From contig JALJEE010001690.1 in NCBI GenBank assembly GCA_023231475.1, forward strand, positions 1 through 64,000: DNA of 64,000 nt, written 5' to 3'. The position numbers were made by a program, and so were the translations under genes. The DNA comes from Seison nebaliae. Lineage: Eukaryota. Shown one piece after another: positions 13,128 through 26,200 of the stretch. A model generated the notes under the pieces. That model ran no database searches. It was given only the letters and a program-made list of their open reading frames with translations, and had not been told where the DNA came from. Each line of letters starts with the position of its first letter. Position 1 is the stretch's first letter.

Positions 13128-13233
13128 AATTCATCATTTTTTCTTTCGTCGATATTGTTATTTGATTGGAAAAAAATTAAAATTTATTCTTCTTCGCTTT
13201 CTCCAAATAGATTTTATTTTTCCTCATAAAATA

Positions 13234-15449
13234 ATGGAAATAAAACCATATTGGTTATTACCGGATTGTAATGGTGAACAATATGGAATTTTGTTCGTGG
13301 GAGAAGGAAATTTTAGTTATTCTACATCATTCATTCGATTGGTGAAAGAATCGAATGGGAATTTTATTGTGACATGTCACGAAAAAGCATCGGATAAAGG
13401 AGAGAATTGTCATCAGAAGAAATTGGAGAAATGTGAAATTCGAAAAAGGAATGTGAAAGAAATGGAAAAATCAAGTTCATTTTAAAAATTTGAAAATCGT
13501 TCCATTTATCAGAAATTAGAGAATGTTGAAATTCGTTTTGACTTCGATGCAACTGATCGAGATCATCTTCCACAATTTCCTTTTAAACATGGAAGAATAA
13601 TTTTCAATTTTCCTCATATTGATGGTAAAGCGAATATCGGAAAGAATCGTCAATTATTATATGACTTTTTAAAAAAGTTGGAAATATTTTTTTTTAATTT
13701 TATTCATTTTTTAATTATAATTCAGTTGTCGAGAAAGTTTCTCTCACATCAATTTAATTTCAAGTGATGTCGGTGTTGTGGTGACGTTGGCGAAAGGTCA
13801 AGGTGGAACAACAGCTGATGGTAATTATCGTCGAGAAGTGGAAGCGGACAGTTGGAAAGTTAGAGAATGATTCTTATTAAATTTTCATTAATTTTTCAGA
13901 TAAGTGAAATAGCAGCAGAAAATGGTTTCGTTATAACAAACGTAGCAAAAGGAGAAGAAATGATTCCGAAATTAGTAGACGAAAGTAACCATTATATTCC
14001 AAGTGGTTTTCGGTTTCCATCAATTTTCTCTATTTTCATTCTACTCCTAATATTTACAGTGGTACCACTAGAGAATTCCTCACAACTGGCTCCATCTGCC
14101 ATTTATTGAAACCAGTTGAACGAGGAACAAATTTAAAATTATTCTCTTCCTTAAGCTTACTTATTAATGAAAATGATGTTTACGAAATTGAGGGATCGAA
14201 TTGGTATCTCAATGTGTTATATTGGTCCTTCAAATTCAAGAGTGAAATTGTTGATTATTTAGAAAACGCATTAACAATAGACCATGTGCGAGCAAGGGGA
14301 AATGAGGAAAATTATGGAAAAGATGATTTTCATAAAAATTTCAAAGTAAAAAAACCGACGATTAAATTAAACGGAAATATTCTCAATCTCGAATATTTTC
14401 CATCAATTCTATATTATAGAATTAGGCAATATATCGATTCCTTTTGTCTCCCAATCACTCTCACATTTAATGCGTTTGCCGATTTCGATTTGGTTAAAGA
14501 ACATGACGAAGATCTCTCAAAAGGAGAATATAATCGATATATCAAATCTGCCATCAAATGGTCACCGACATGTTGTACCATTCAACGGTATTTAATCTAT
14601 ATTTCTCTATCCCCTGATTATATACGTTACCGTCCAATCATTGAAGGAATGAAATTGAAATATGGTTTGGGAAATTATTCGAAAGGAAAACATAGAGTTA
14701 AAATGGACATGACAGAAAAGTGGATGGAGTTCGTGGAAAAATTACACGAGAAAATAAAATGTGCATCCCTTCAAGTAATCGAAGAGGATCTTTATATTCG
14801 ATTTCAGTTGGATTATGATAATCGTACACTCCTTTATCTTCATATTTTCAACATTTCCAATATTTTGTGTGATATTTTCTCATTAGAAAATTGTGTTGTA
14901 TTCTGGTACAATCAATTGGAAGTATTAGAATCACTTCAATCGAATAAATGGAAGAGAAATCTTCAAATTAAAACTAGCAAACCGATAGATGAGGAATTTG
15001 AAATTTTAGATAGTTGCTTTAATAATTTCAAATTAGGAGCTTCTCTCCTTCATTCAAAATTGGGAGATTGGACTAAATCATCAGATCAACATCATCAAAA
15101 CCATCCTGGAAATCTCCTAATAAATTCTAATTCATTTTTTACCAATGTTTATGAATTCGATATCAATTTCTGGTGGTGTCGTCCAGACAATAAGGAAGAA
15201 GAGAAAAAATTCGATTTATTACAATTGAAAGAACTACTGAGGAATATTGGACATTTATTCATAAAATCCGTTCGAATTGTTAACATGTTTCGACATCCGC
15301 AAACTGGAGACTTAGCCAGATGTTATCGAATTGAATATCAGTCGCCGATACTTCCGTCATTTTTATCTTTGTCGAAAAAAGACGCACATTCTTTCCAAGT
15401 TCAATTGAGAAATGAAGTAAAAGAAAAACTCAAATATGACGTTCGTTGA
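13234..15449 (+). CDS. FDXACB1: Ferredoxin-fold anticodon-binding domain protein 1 (N-terminal Bmt5/DUF2431-like methyltransferase domain, C-terminal FDX-ACB); 5 exons
   Basis: ILFVGEGNFSYS, IFNFPH, IGKNRQLL, VTLAKGQGGT and DSWK in the first exons. C-terminal FDINFW...FRHPQTGDLARCYRIEYQS...LRNEV..VR. Four GTT introns join the pieces. Confidence 0.88.
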
Positions 15450-15498
15450 AATATTTTTATTAAGCTTTTGTTTTTATTAAATTCGTTAAAACTCTAAT

Positions 15499-16715
15499 TT
15501 ACGTTCGACTTGATAAATTACCTGCTGTTGCGATAGCATGACTCTCCGTTCGGCCTGTTGGATTTGCATTTTTCTTTAAAATATTACCTGTTATCCAATC
15601 GTACATATAATCCAATCGATATCCGTTAACTTGATAGAGTTTTTGAAAAATATATCTCAAATAGGCATAATCAGGTCGCATTTCAAAATCCAATTCTCTT
15701 ACATATGTCAAATAACGAACGAAAACATCGGGCAATCCATCACATAATTCTTCAACACTCTTCTCTAATTTCTTCTCACAAATTCTGTCATATTTTTGTC
15801 TTTTCGTTGCTGCTTTCACTCCTTGCCAAGGTAGGATACCTCTCATAAAATATCTGAGGAATGTGTTGAAAGATGAGAAGTTTAAAAAGTAAGAAGAATA
15901 ACACTAACAATAATACATATCCTACTGCTTCCAAATCGTCTCTTCTACTTTGTTCCAAACCCAAATGTGCATTAATTGACACATATCTCGGTGTCCCGGT
16001 AAGTGCCTTGTCTTCCCGATAAGGAATATGAGCGTCTTTCACTTTCCATTTTTTCGATAAACCAAAATCAATTATATAAACCTTTCTTATTGAGAATTAA
16101 ATGAATAAATGAATAAATGAAACTTTGTTACTATAACGTCCCGTTCCCATCAAGAAATTATCAGGTTTCACATCTCGATGAATGAAATATCGAGAGTGAA
16201 CGAACTCTAATCGAACCAACATCTGGTCACCTAATAATAAAGTAGTCTTAAGAAAATTTAAAATTATGACTGAAATCTCCCGTAAAATATAAGTAATATA
16301 AGAGGAAGAAAATGTGGTTGAAATGAAGAGTAGAAACCTTTGTTGAGAATTTTCTTCCACAGAACGTGAACAAATCTTCGAGACTCGGTCCCAATAGTTC
16401 CATGACAAGACAATTGTACATTCCCTCTTGACCATAATGATAAATTTTTGGTATTCCTGGACCATTTTTCAAATAGTCGTTATATAATCGATTTTCGAAT
16501 GACAATTGTGGATTGGGTGTTTTATTCGACTCGATTTTTACTGCTAACTGAAAAGAGAATAATTTTAAATATTTCAAATTTTTATTACCAACTTTCTCAT
16601 CAGTAAATATATTTTTGGCTAAATAAATGTCGCCGAAACTACCGGAACCAATTTTGCGTTCAAGACGATATTGATCATTAACTATAAAATTGGAAGTTTT
16701 CTTCTCTTCCATCAT
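15499..16715 (-). CDS. Casein kinase 1 (alpha/delta-epsilon-like); 5 exons
   Basis: [88 protein letters not shown]. Four GTT introns. Confidence 0.95.
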
Positions 16716-17073
16716 GATCAAAAAGGGAAGAGCTGTCCAAATCGGGTTTGAAAATGAAAGTTTGAATTAAAATTTCCTTTTCAATTCACATCACTTCTCA
16801 TCAAATCGTACACGACTTATCTTATAGGAAATCAATTTTCCCAAATTTATTCGGAACTTATATGGTTTTTAAACCATTAAACAATGGAAATGCTGATTAT
16901 TATAATTTCCATCATTTCTTTGAAATTCTAATTAATTTGCTTGAAGTTATTTCAATTCAGATAGTTAAATTTATGATGCTTAAAAGAGTATTAATTATTA
17001 AAATAATAAAATTTATTTGAATAAATCGAGAATAGAAGCAAATCGATGACACTTTAGGATCTTACAACTCTTT

Positions 17074-18455
17074 CTATTCGATAGATCGATAATTTTCGAT
17101 TTGATTTGAAGACGAATAAAACTGATTAATATACTTCGCTGTCTCCTTAATATTCTCGTTGGATAATCGTCGTTGTGTTTCTCTTTCACGATCGGCTCGA
17201 GATAAATGCAAATGTTCGTCTTCTGTCGATTGTCTGTATTTCTCTTCTTCCTCTTCCTCTTGTTCCTGCAATTCTCGCGCAACACTATTCGATTTCTGAT
17301 GTCGTCTTTTGCTGATCCAATCGCTTAAAATCGTCTGATCAACTTCCCGTTCTCTTTCACGACTCTCTCTCAATTTCTCTTGTTCGTCTTCCGATATTTT
17401 GAAACGGGGAATGGAACTTTGAGGCACATCAGATCGTTTGATGACTCGGACGGAATTTTCCTGATATTTCGTTTTTGGCATTTCCTTCTCTACAATTGTA
17501 CCAGTTTCATTAAATTTATTTCTCATTTGTTTCTGTGTTTTCATCACTTCGATTAGATCTTTCGCTTCGTTAGCCATTTGTTTCTGTGGCTGTTGAATTG
17601 GTCGTATGAAACGGTTTGGATCGTTGAAATTCTACGAAAAAAATTCGAAAAATTTAAAAAACAAAAATTTTTTTTACGAACTGTCGATTTTCTCGCTTGT
17701 TGACCAGATCGAATGTATTGATTATCAAACTTCATATAAGTCGGATACCAATTTGGAGCGTTGTTTCTTCTCGTTTTTTGTTGTTGTTGTTTCGTTCTCA
17801 AAGATTCGCCAGTTAAAACAGAATTGGCACGTACATGTCGCTCATTTGGAGACGCCATTTGATTGGAAACTGATGAATAGGAATTCGTTTTCTGATGGTA
17901 AGATGGTCGGGGAGATGTATCAAGACTTGTGTTTGATGTACGAGAGATGGATCGATTTAAACGTTCGTGAGATCCAGTCGCTTTCTTCGTTTCATTGAAA
18001 TAAGTATTATAAGAAAACGTATTACGATCATTGCCTCCCATCGGGCTAGACGTTGCACTTCCGTTACTTTTTTTCAAATGATAAATTGGCGTTGGTGACG
18101 ATTTTCTCTCATTATTCCTTTTTCCAACCGTTGCTATGGTAACGGAAGATGGTTCAGATTTTCCATAAACTATTTTTTCGTTCGTCGAATTTCCTTTGGG
18201 GAATATTGGTTTCTTTTCATTGATATCACCCTTCTGTACACCGTCGGGTGTACTGGGAACTATTCGAATATTAATTTGGGTCGTTTGATTTTGTTTGACT
18301 GGCATTGGTCGTTCGATCGAACGAATATCAGTAATTTCTTTATTGGAGGTTGTGGAGGATGGATGAATAACATATCGTTTCGTATCTTTTCTCACTTTAG
18401 CCGACTCGGTGAGATGATCAACGGTTTTTATGGGAATTACTCGGTCCATCTTCAT
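17074..18455 (-). CDS. Uncharacterised low-complexity/disordered protein with a charged C-terminus; at least 2 exons
   Basis: The 300-aa and 167-aa ORFs join in frame through a GTTCGT..TAG intron near 17633-17680. No domain recognised. Confidence 0.7.
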
Positions 18456-20066
18456 TCGACCTAAAACACTCGATGAATGAAAATGAATGAAAGATTTCTA
18501 AAACTTTCTCAGACGAGAGAATTAGGAAGGAAAAACAAATAGAGAATTAAGGAAGGAGTCCAAATGTAATTGTCGTCGTCATTGAAGTTGAAGGGATAGG
18601 TTAAATGAGAAAATCTTCTTTCCAAATTTAATAGTTGACGAAAATGAATTTATTTACTGAATTCAAATTAAGAAAAATTAATATCGTTATTGTTGATGCT
18701 CCTAACGTTTTGACATATAACAGAGAATATACCCCCCAAAATATAATGACGACAACGACGGAGAGATTGTGGAAGGAGACAATCGACAATATACTGGAAA
18801 GAGAAACGATTTTCTAGTTTTCTTCCGAAACAAGAAAAAAAAATTTTTGAAGTATTTCAAACTTGCCGAGAAGACAGAGAATCAATGAGAAAATTTAATT
18901 TCCCAAACATTAATTATGACACCAGAAGAGATTAAAATAAATTTTCTCAAATTATCATTTTCTTTCTCGTTAAGAAAAAGATATTTCCAAATAGAAAAGA
19001 GAAAGCAATCGACTCACGTGAAGGAGTTAGAGTTGTAATGGAAAATTTATCAAAATGACGTCGGATGAGATAAGATGTATTTCGATTTTTATGAAGGACG
19101 GACGATCGATTTGTCTCTAATGATTTCTATTGAAGAATTCGAATGAAGGACTATCATTCTCCGAGTCATTTCTTCGTAGAAAAATCGCCTTCTTTCCATA
19201 ACTATCTAAATAATGAAGAAAATCCATATGATCCCATATTCTCCCCATATGTTCATCTTTCTTTCTCAACATTATTCTTTTATTGTACGATAGGTCAACA
19301 CCAAAATGATGACTCATACTGCACCATTAATTAGACTTTCTCCCATTCTTTCTAATTAATTTATTATCAATTTTATTATCGATCAAATGATCAAATGGCG
19401 AATGATTTTTTATATTATAAATAACCAACTCCAATGAAAGAATTTGAGTCAATGATAATTATGAAATAGAATTTGAGTCAAGTTGCAATCAAAGTAAATT
19501 AAGAAATGCCAAAGACATAGTTTATGAAGGTCGTCGTAGTTGATAATAAACGAAAATAATAGATGAAAACTGTTGAGAACGGTAAAGATTAATACTAATT
19601 AAGTAATTTCTTTAAGCATCGATTATCCTTATTGTGCAAGAAGAATTCGTACATGACAAGATTCAAATCAAAAAACTACCACAATGTCATTATGATCCAA
19701 GAGAAAACAACAATTTGTCAGCGAAACAAAAATATTTTTCAAAAATATTCAAAAAAGGTTTATTCAATTAACCACGATTTAAAATAGTTTACGGTTGATC
19801 CGGAAATGCAAAAACACAACTTTTAGAAAATGCTCAATAATTATGTCATAATTTAATTTTTTTTTTTAATTTTTAATTTTTCTAATGTAATTAAATATGC
19901 TCTACAAGATAGGCATAAAAGGTATATATCTAATACTAACCGGTAACAAAAAATTGAAAACCTATCGAAAAAAAATACCAAATTATTGACAGTCTTTAAT
20001 TTATATACGTAAAATATATTGAAATTGATAAGAATTAAAAAAATTTCAATTTTTTTTGTTCTTTTC

Positions 20067-22319
20067 TCAGAAGAATTCCACGATATCGACTAGAAATTAT
20101 TCATTAATAATACAATTAAAGTATGGAAAAGTATTAACATTGATGTTTATAATTTAATTTCTGCATGTCTTTCAATCGATGAAGCGTTGATAATAATCGA
20201 TCTTCTCGAATATTGATTACCTCGAACGAGAACAGTTTGAGAATGTTTGACCATTTAATTCTTTTGTACATGATGGATATTCTCATTAGTGAGAACTCCA
20301 AGAACAGTTCGATGACCTATAAAAATGATTGAACTAAACTAAAGAACTAAAAATAATTCCAACTATTTCAATATAAATTGGTGGTAGATCGTTGTTATTA
20401 TAATGGTCCAAAAATTTTTCAAAGTTTTTCTTTGCATCATCGATAGTGTTTTTGATGTTAAATAAACGATGAATCTGGCGAAGTATTATCGATCTTGACA
20501 ACCAGGTTTCCGTCAAGAATTGACCCATATTTAATCGACGAAAATATTTATTTTCATTTTCTTCCATTTTGCAACGTTCATGAGACAGTATCATATTGTC
20601 CGATTTATTATCGTTTAATTTGATAATTTGTTCTAATCGCCGATTAGGTAAATCATTGGGAGATAATATCAAATTCATTTTCCTTAGTTTTTCGATATAG
20701 CAATCTTTGGCATAAGAATCGTTTAGATCGAGAAGAAATCTTTCATTTTTTATTGTGACTATTCGATTCTCTTTCATTAGAAGATAATTTAATAATTTTT
20801 CATTATTTCTCAAATTCGGAGGCTTCTTTCTATTCAAAATACAGTTTTGATTTTTATCATTATTCTTCTTCGAATCTTTCGAAGAATGATCTAATGATTT
20901 CTCTAATCTTAATTGTCGATTATGATTCAATTCTAATACACCACATTGATATGCAAGAGGGTTAAATTGAATTATATATTTCATTAAATGAACCAGAGAC
21001 TTCATCAATGTCTTATCACTTTGGAATATCAAACGATGGGTATTCTCAGTATTGAAGTTCGTTTGACGATATTGAGAGTAATCGGTTTTCCCACCTTCAT
21101 CATAATAATCATTCTCATTTTCTTCCAAATGTTCATTTTCTGCTAAAATTACTGGCGGATTATTCTGGTTCATTGTGGTATTCGTTGTCGACATGGAAGT
21201 GTCATCATTATCAAAATAATCAGTTCCTTCGTCATTTCTATTATTTTCAGTCACTGGATCTAGAAGATCTTCAATTCTATCAATTTCCCCTGTTTGATTA
21301 ACATTAAGATTACTTGTTGTCGTTGTGGAACCGATAGTTATTTGGATGTTACTCGAATCTTTCATAATGAGAGAATAAACATATTTCAATAACAAATTGT
21401 TTTCTTCGTTCCATTCTTCATCTCGAATATAATCACCAATTGAATCACTCTTCGAATTATTCTCTTCCAAATGATTTAAAGTGATGGTACTCTTCATTGA
21501 AACGTCCATGAAATTTTCACTTAGAAAAATTAATTTTAATAATTTTTCATTATTCAAATTGGTTCGATATCCAACAAATGCCAAGTTTGCTGCTGTCACA
21601 CTAAATAATTGGTAATCGAACGTGTCATATTTGGTAAGGTAGACATTCTTCATTTTCATCATATTCATGAAATAATTTGCATGATCAATGAACAACAAGA
21701 TCAAACCAGAAATCTCTATCTCGTCTATCCCCTCAATTTCATCCAAATTACATAAATATAGATTCAACTCATACATAAACAATGACGACAAGTTCGTCAT
21801 ATCCACCAACTTCAATTCATCATTCGGATATTGAGTCGATTTATTATTTCCAGAAATACCTTCCAAAAAATTCATGAAAAATTTGAAATATTCCAATGAC
21901 TTTTTCGAGTAGATTGCAAAGAATATCAGTTCATAAAATATCAAATAAATAAATCGATGATCAAATTGAATAAAATCATTTCGATTTTCAACGATAAATT
22001 CATAAAACTTCTTGATTTCAAAAGTAGAACTTTCCAACCGAATTTCGTTTCGCAACATCGTCAAATTCATCATTGAATAAGACGCAGTGATGTATGCGTT
22101 ATGTGATGGTTTCGAAAGAAATTCGTTTTCTAATCCTTCTCGAATTGAGGAGAAAAGAATTTGAAAATTACCATTCTCTAAAAAATCGTTTGACGAACAT
22201 TTTTCGATCATACGACGATTTAATCGAAAAAATCTCTTTTTATGCGATTCTTCTACGAATTCCTTGTTCAGGGCCGCAATTGACTGAAAATAATCTTGTA
22301 ACAGGTCGTCTAATTCCAT
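20067..22319 (-). CDS. Uncharacterised, probably helical protein (~720 aa); 3 exons
   Basis: The 661-aa ORF is extended by two GTT..TAG introns to exons encoding VIELFLEFSL...YKHQ and FDIVEFF*. No family recognised with confidence. Confidence 0.7.
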
Positions 22320-23278
22320 TTGATGGAAAATTTATTGCCAATAATTTCAAAATTTTTTTTAGATGAAAAACTTAGAATTTGAAATTCAATTTTTTTACAA
22401 AACTCAGTTAACGATGAATATAAAGTGGATCAGTAATTAAAAAGAAAATTAACGATTAATATTCTCAATCGGATGTATTTGGGAAATTTGTTCAAGAATA
22501 TGGAATTTTAGATGGTACTGACAGAACATCATCAAAAAAAATCCTAAGAAATTTTTTTGTTTCCAAAATTCAAATAATTTTTCTTTGAACCTCAATTTCG
22601 TTATCTTCTTTTATAATGTTTACTCTACAAACGTCATTTTATTTCTTGTCATGTTTCAATCGTAAATTTCTTCTGCCGCAATTCGTCCTGTCGTTCTTTT
22701 CTACATGAGAAGAAATGAAATTATGGACGAAAGTCTTCTATTCGGAAATTTTATAATGTCATTGATCATCAGTGAAAAGGAAGTACATTCTGTCATTTAT
22801 TTGTTTAACAAACTCATAATATTTTGTTGTTTTCAGAAACAACATTTAGAAGACACTTTTCATTTTTGGATATAAATTCTGCAGAGTCGTTTCTCCGTTT
22901 AAAACGTTTTTTATATTCTGATTTAATCATCAATTTGACAGTTCTTTTTAAAAGACGATTTTATTTTTTCTGTAATATCTAAATATTATTAGGGAATTTC
23001 ATTGTCAATGATAACATATGTGTGGGAGTAGTTGATGAAAATAATTTTCAAGAGACTTCCCAAGTTTGATTTGCCAGAATTTTCTGTAATTTTCTGTGAT
23101 GATATTCGACATTTGATTAATGAAACAAATCAATTCCATTTCGTAATTCTTAATAATTTTATTATTTCTAAAATTAGAACTAGTTTCGAAAATTCACTTT
23201 CATTCATTCTCTTTACAGAAGAGAATTTATGGAAGACGATAATTTGATCATTTATTGAACTATAACCCGTAGTTGGAA

Positions 23279-26200
23279 ATGTCAATTAATAATGATGATA
23301 ATTGTGTCATATCGTGGCATAGTGAAAGTGAGAACGGTCAATTCAAACGAAAACGACAAAGTGAAAGAGACCAAACGATGAAAGAAGTGGAGAATGAACA
23401 ATTACTTAACTATAATGAGAACGATATATCGCCAATGGTTAATATGAAAATTTCATTTAAATTTCATTTAAATTTCTTCGATTATCTAAATTATTGCCAA
23501 GAATTTCTTATCGATTTTTTTATCATTTATTTGGTACGTATATTTCAACATTATAACGGGATAAGTCATAATAACATCAATCTCCTGCTATTATTATGTC
23601 GTTTTAATAAAATTAATAACATGAATGATAATGATCAATAACAATATTATCTTATAATTAATCAGAAAATTTTGAGGAAAAACGACACGAAAAACAATGT
23701 ACGTGTATAAATTTCGACTTTAAAAAAAAAGGAATAATCGGATGAATAAGATGTTTAACCTCTCTATCTCCGTATTGACGAAATGATTGTATTGTTTTCG
23801 GACGTTATGGTTGAGCGAGTGAAGAATATGCTGCATATTTACATTGGTATTTTTTCATTAAAAATCGTTTGATGAGAAGGTGAGTGTGAGAGTCGTCGAA
23901 AAATTAATGAAAACCTAATCTTTTGTCCTAACCAAAAAAAGCATATCGTAAATTTAATTAAAATTTCACTGTGAATTTTATATAAATTTGACGATTGACA
24001 AGAATTTTAATGATAATTACAATTTTATTAAATTTATTTAAATTTCTTCTTGTGCTTTAGATGAAAGAACGAAAACTTGGACGGTTTTTCGTGCAGTCCA
24101 TCCAATTGGATGAAACGGATGGTGGAATTGCGCCCGAGAATGACATCGAATTGGAGCAACAAGAAAATGACCATTCATCAGTAATTTCGTCTACAACGAC
24201 ATTGTCTTGTAGTTCGGTTGATGGGAAATATTGTGAATCTTCGACATCTCCAACGAAATCATCATTCAATTATCAGAAGGAAGATTTGGAGGAAGGGAAA
24301 TCGACATCACAAAAAAAGAAGGAATCGATAAAAGAATATGAAGAGAATTTAAATAAAATGAGAGAACAAATGAAAACATTCGCAAAAATGATGGAGGAAC
24401 AACAACGACAATTAAAGAAATTGGAAGATGGAAATGAGAATGGAGAGACTTATGTCCGATTGAAACGAAATAATCAAACAAGATCTCGAAATAAAACGAC
24501 AAGAATCGCTTATAATATGTCGACTGATAGTGATGGAAGTGATGGAATAATTTCACATGAAAATCGAATAAAACGATTGCGTTCCAGAACACATCCACAT
24601 AAAACGATTGAATTCAAAAAGAATGATGATGATGATTCGAAATTTATGTGTGATTTAAATGAAGGTGATCAATCGAAACAGAATCACAATGAAAATATTC
24701 GACAATCATCTCTCAATAATGAAATGGGACAATCGAATCGACATAGTCGACAAATGTATGAAAATAATCAAACCTCATCATATGATCATTATAATACATG
24801 GAATAATGAACCTCAATTGAGGAAGGAATTCCTTCAAGAATTTCAAACTAATAAAAATAAATTATTTAATCATTCGACAAATCAATCGAATTATAATAAT
24901 GATACAATATCAATACCACAAATCACATCGACTGATGATAATGACATTTTACCGAAAGAAGTTCATTTTGAAAATGTGAGACAAAAACGTAGAAGATCAT
25001 CGACAGTCATTAAGAATGAGAAGAAGAATGAACAGAAAGAAAAATTTCCAGGAAGTCAACGATTGTTTCAACAACAATTCGACATCTTTAGAAAGCAAGG
25101 ATTGTCCATTGAACAAGCTGAAGAGAAGACTCGTGAAATTTTTAAAGACAGTCAATTATTGAAGAAGAATGAAGAGAATGGAGATTTAACGATCATCGAA
25201 GAAGAAGATGATGATAATCATAAACGTATAAAAAGAAATAATTTGAGATTATTAGAAGAGAAGAAATTGGATCGGAAACGACGTTTAAATGAGTTGGAGA
25301 AGAATGTAGAACGATATGATTTGATTTTAGAAATAATGCAAAGGAAAATTCCATCGAAAATCAAACGAAGTTTCGATGAAGAAAAAAGTCATTATAATCA
25401 ATATATGATCGTCATTTGTAGTTTATTATATGGATTGATATTGACAATGATTGGTTTATCACTTTCATTATTTGAAGTTTTAACGGATGATGATTTGAAG
25501 AAAGAAACAAATCTTTATTTTATCATATTATATATTATTTCTATTTGTTGGATGCTCTTCATTTATGTCGATATGTATATTAAGAGACGACAGAATTATG
25601 TATCGAAAGTCATCATAAAAAAGAAAAGTTTCCTTCAACGATTATTCTGTTATTTGTCATCAAATGATTTGAAACCGATGCAATCGAAAGACGATTATAA
25701 ATTGAATGAAGACGACTTAGAAGATCAAAATACAGGAATCTCTTATGTTTGTACAGGACGAATTTGCTCCAAAAATTGCACAGTCTCCGTATCATTTTTC
25801 AAAAAATTGTTTTATTGTTTTTGTTGTTGTCTATTTCGAATCAATGACGATAGTGGTGAAATGGAAATGGGAAGTTTTATGAGACGAATTCATTATCTGT
25901 TGAGTCGATGTCTTCCAAATCATTTCAAAGTGAAAGAGAAAATTGATGAAACGGAATTAAAAGAATTATCTCAAAAGAAGTCGAATTATTTGAATTCTTA
26001 TGATGTCATTTTGAAAAGAGAAAGTAAACAACATGGATATCATTTCGATAGTCGTGTTGAAGTGGCTGGGCTGTTTGTAAAATATGGATGTGCTGCATTT
26101 TGTGCTGCCACAGGTGTACTCATCGGACTCAAATTAGCTGTACAATTGAGCGATGTGACGATGAGTACAGCGGAATTTTTCGAAAATTTATTTGGATTAA

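Noticed and set aside
10174..16715. Fragmented ORFs suggesting pseudogenes, frameshifting or an alternative genetic code
   Set aside because: Every break is explained by a short GT..AG intron, and long intronless ORFs translate normally in the standard code.
20067..22319. Faint resemblance to Sec7/BIG-family helical domains
   Set aside because: Too weak to assign without a profile search.
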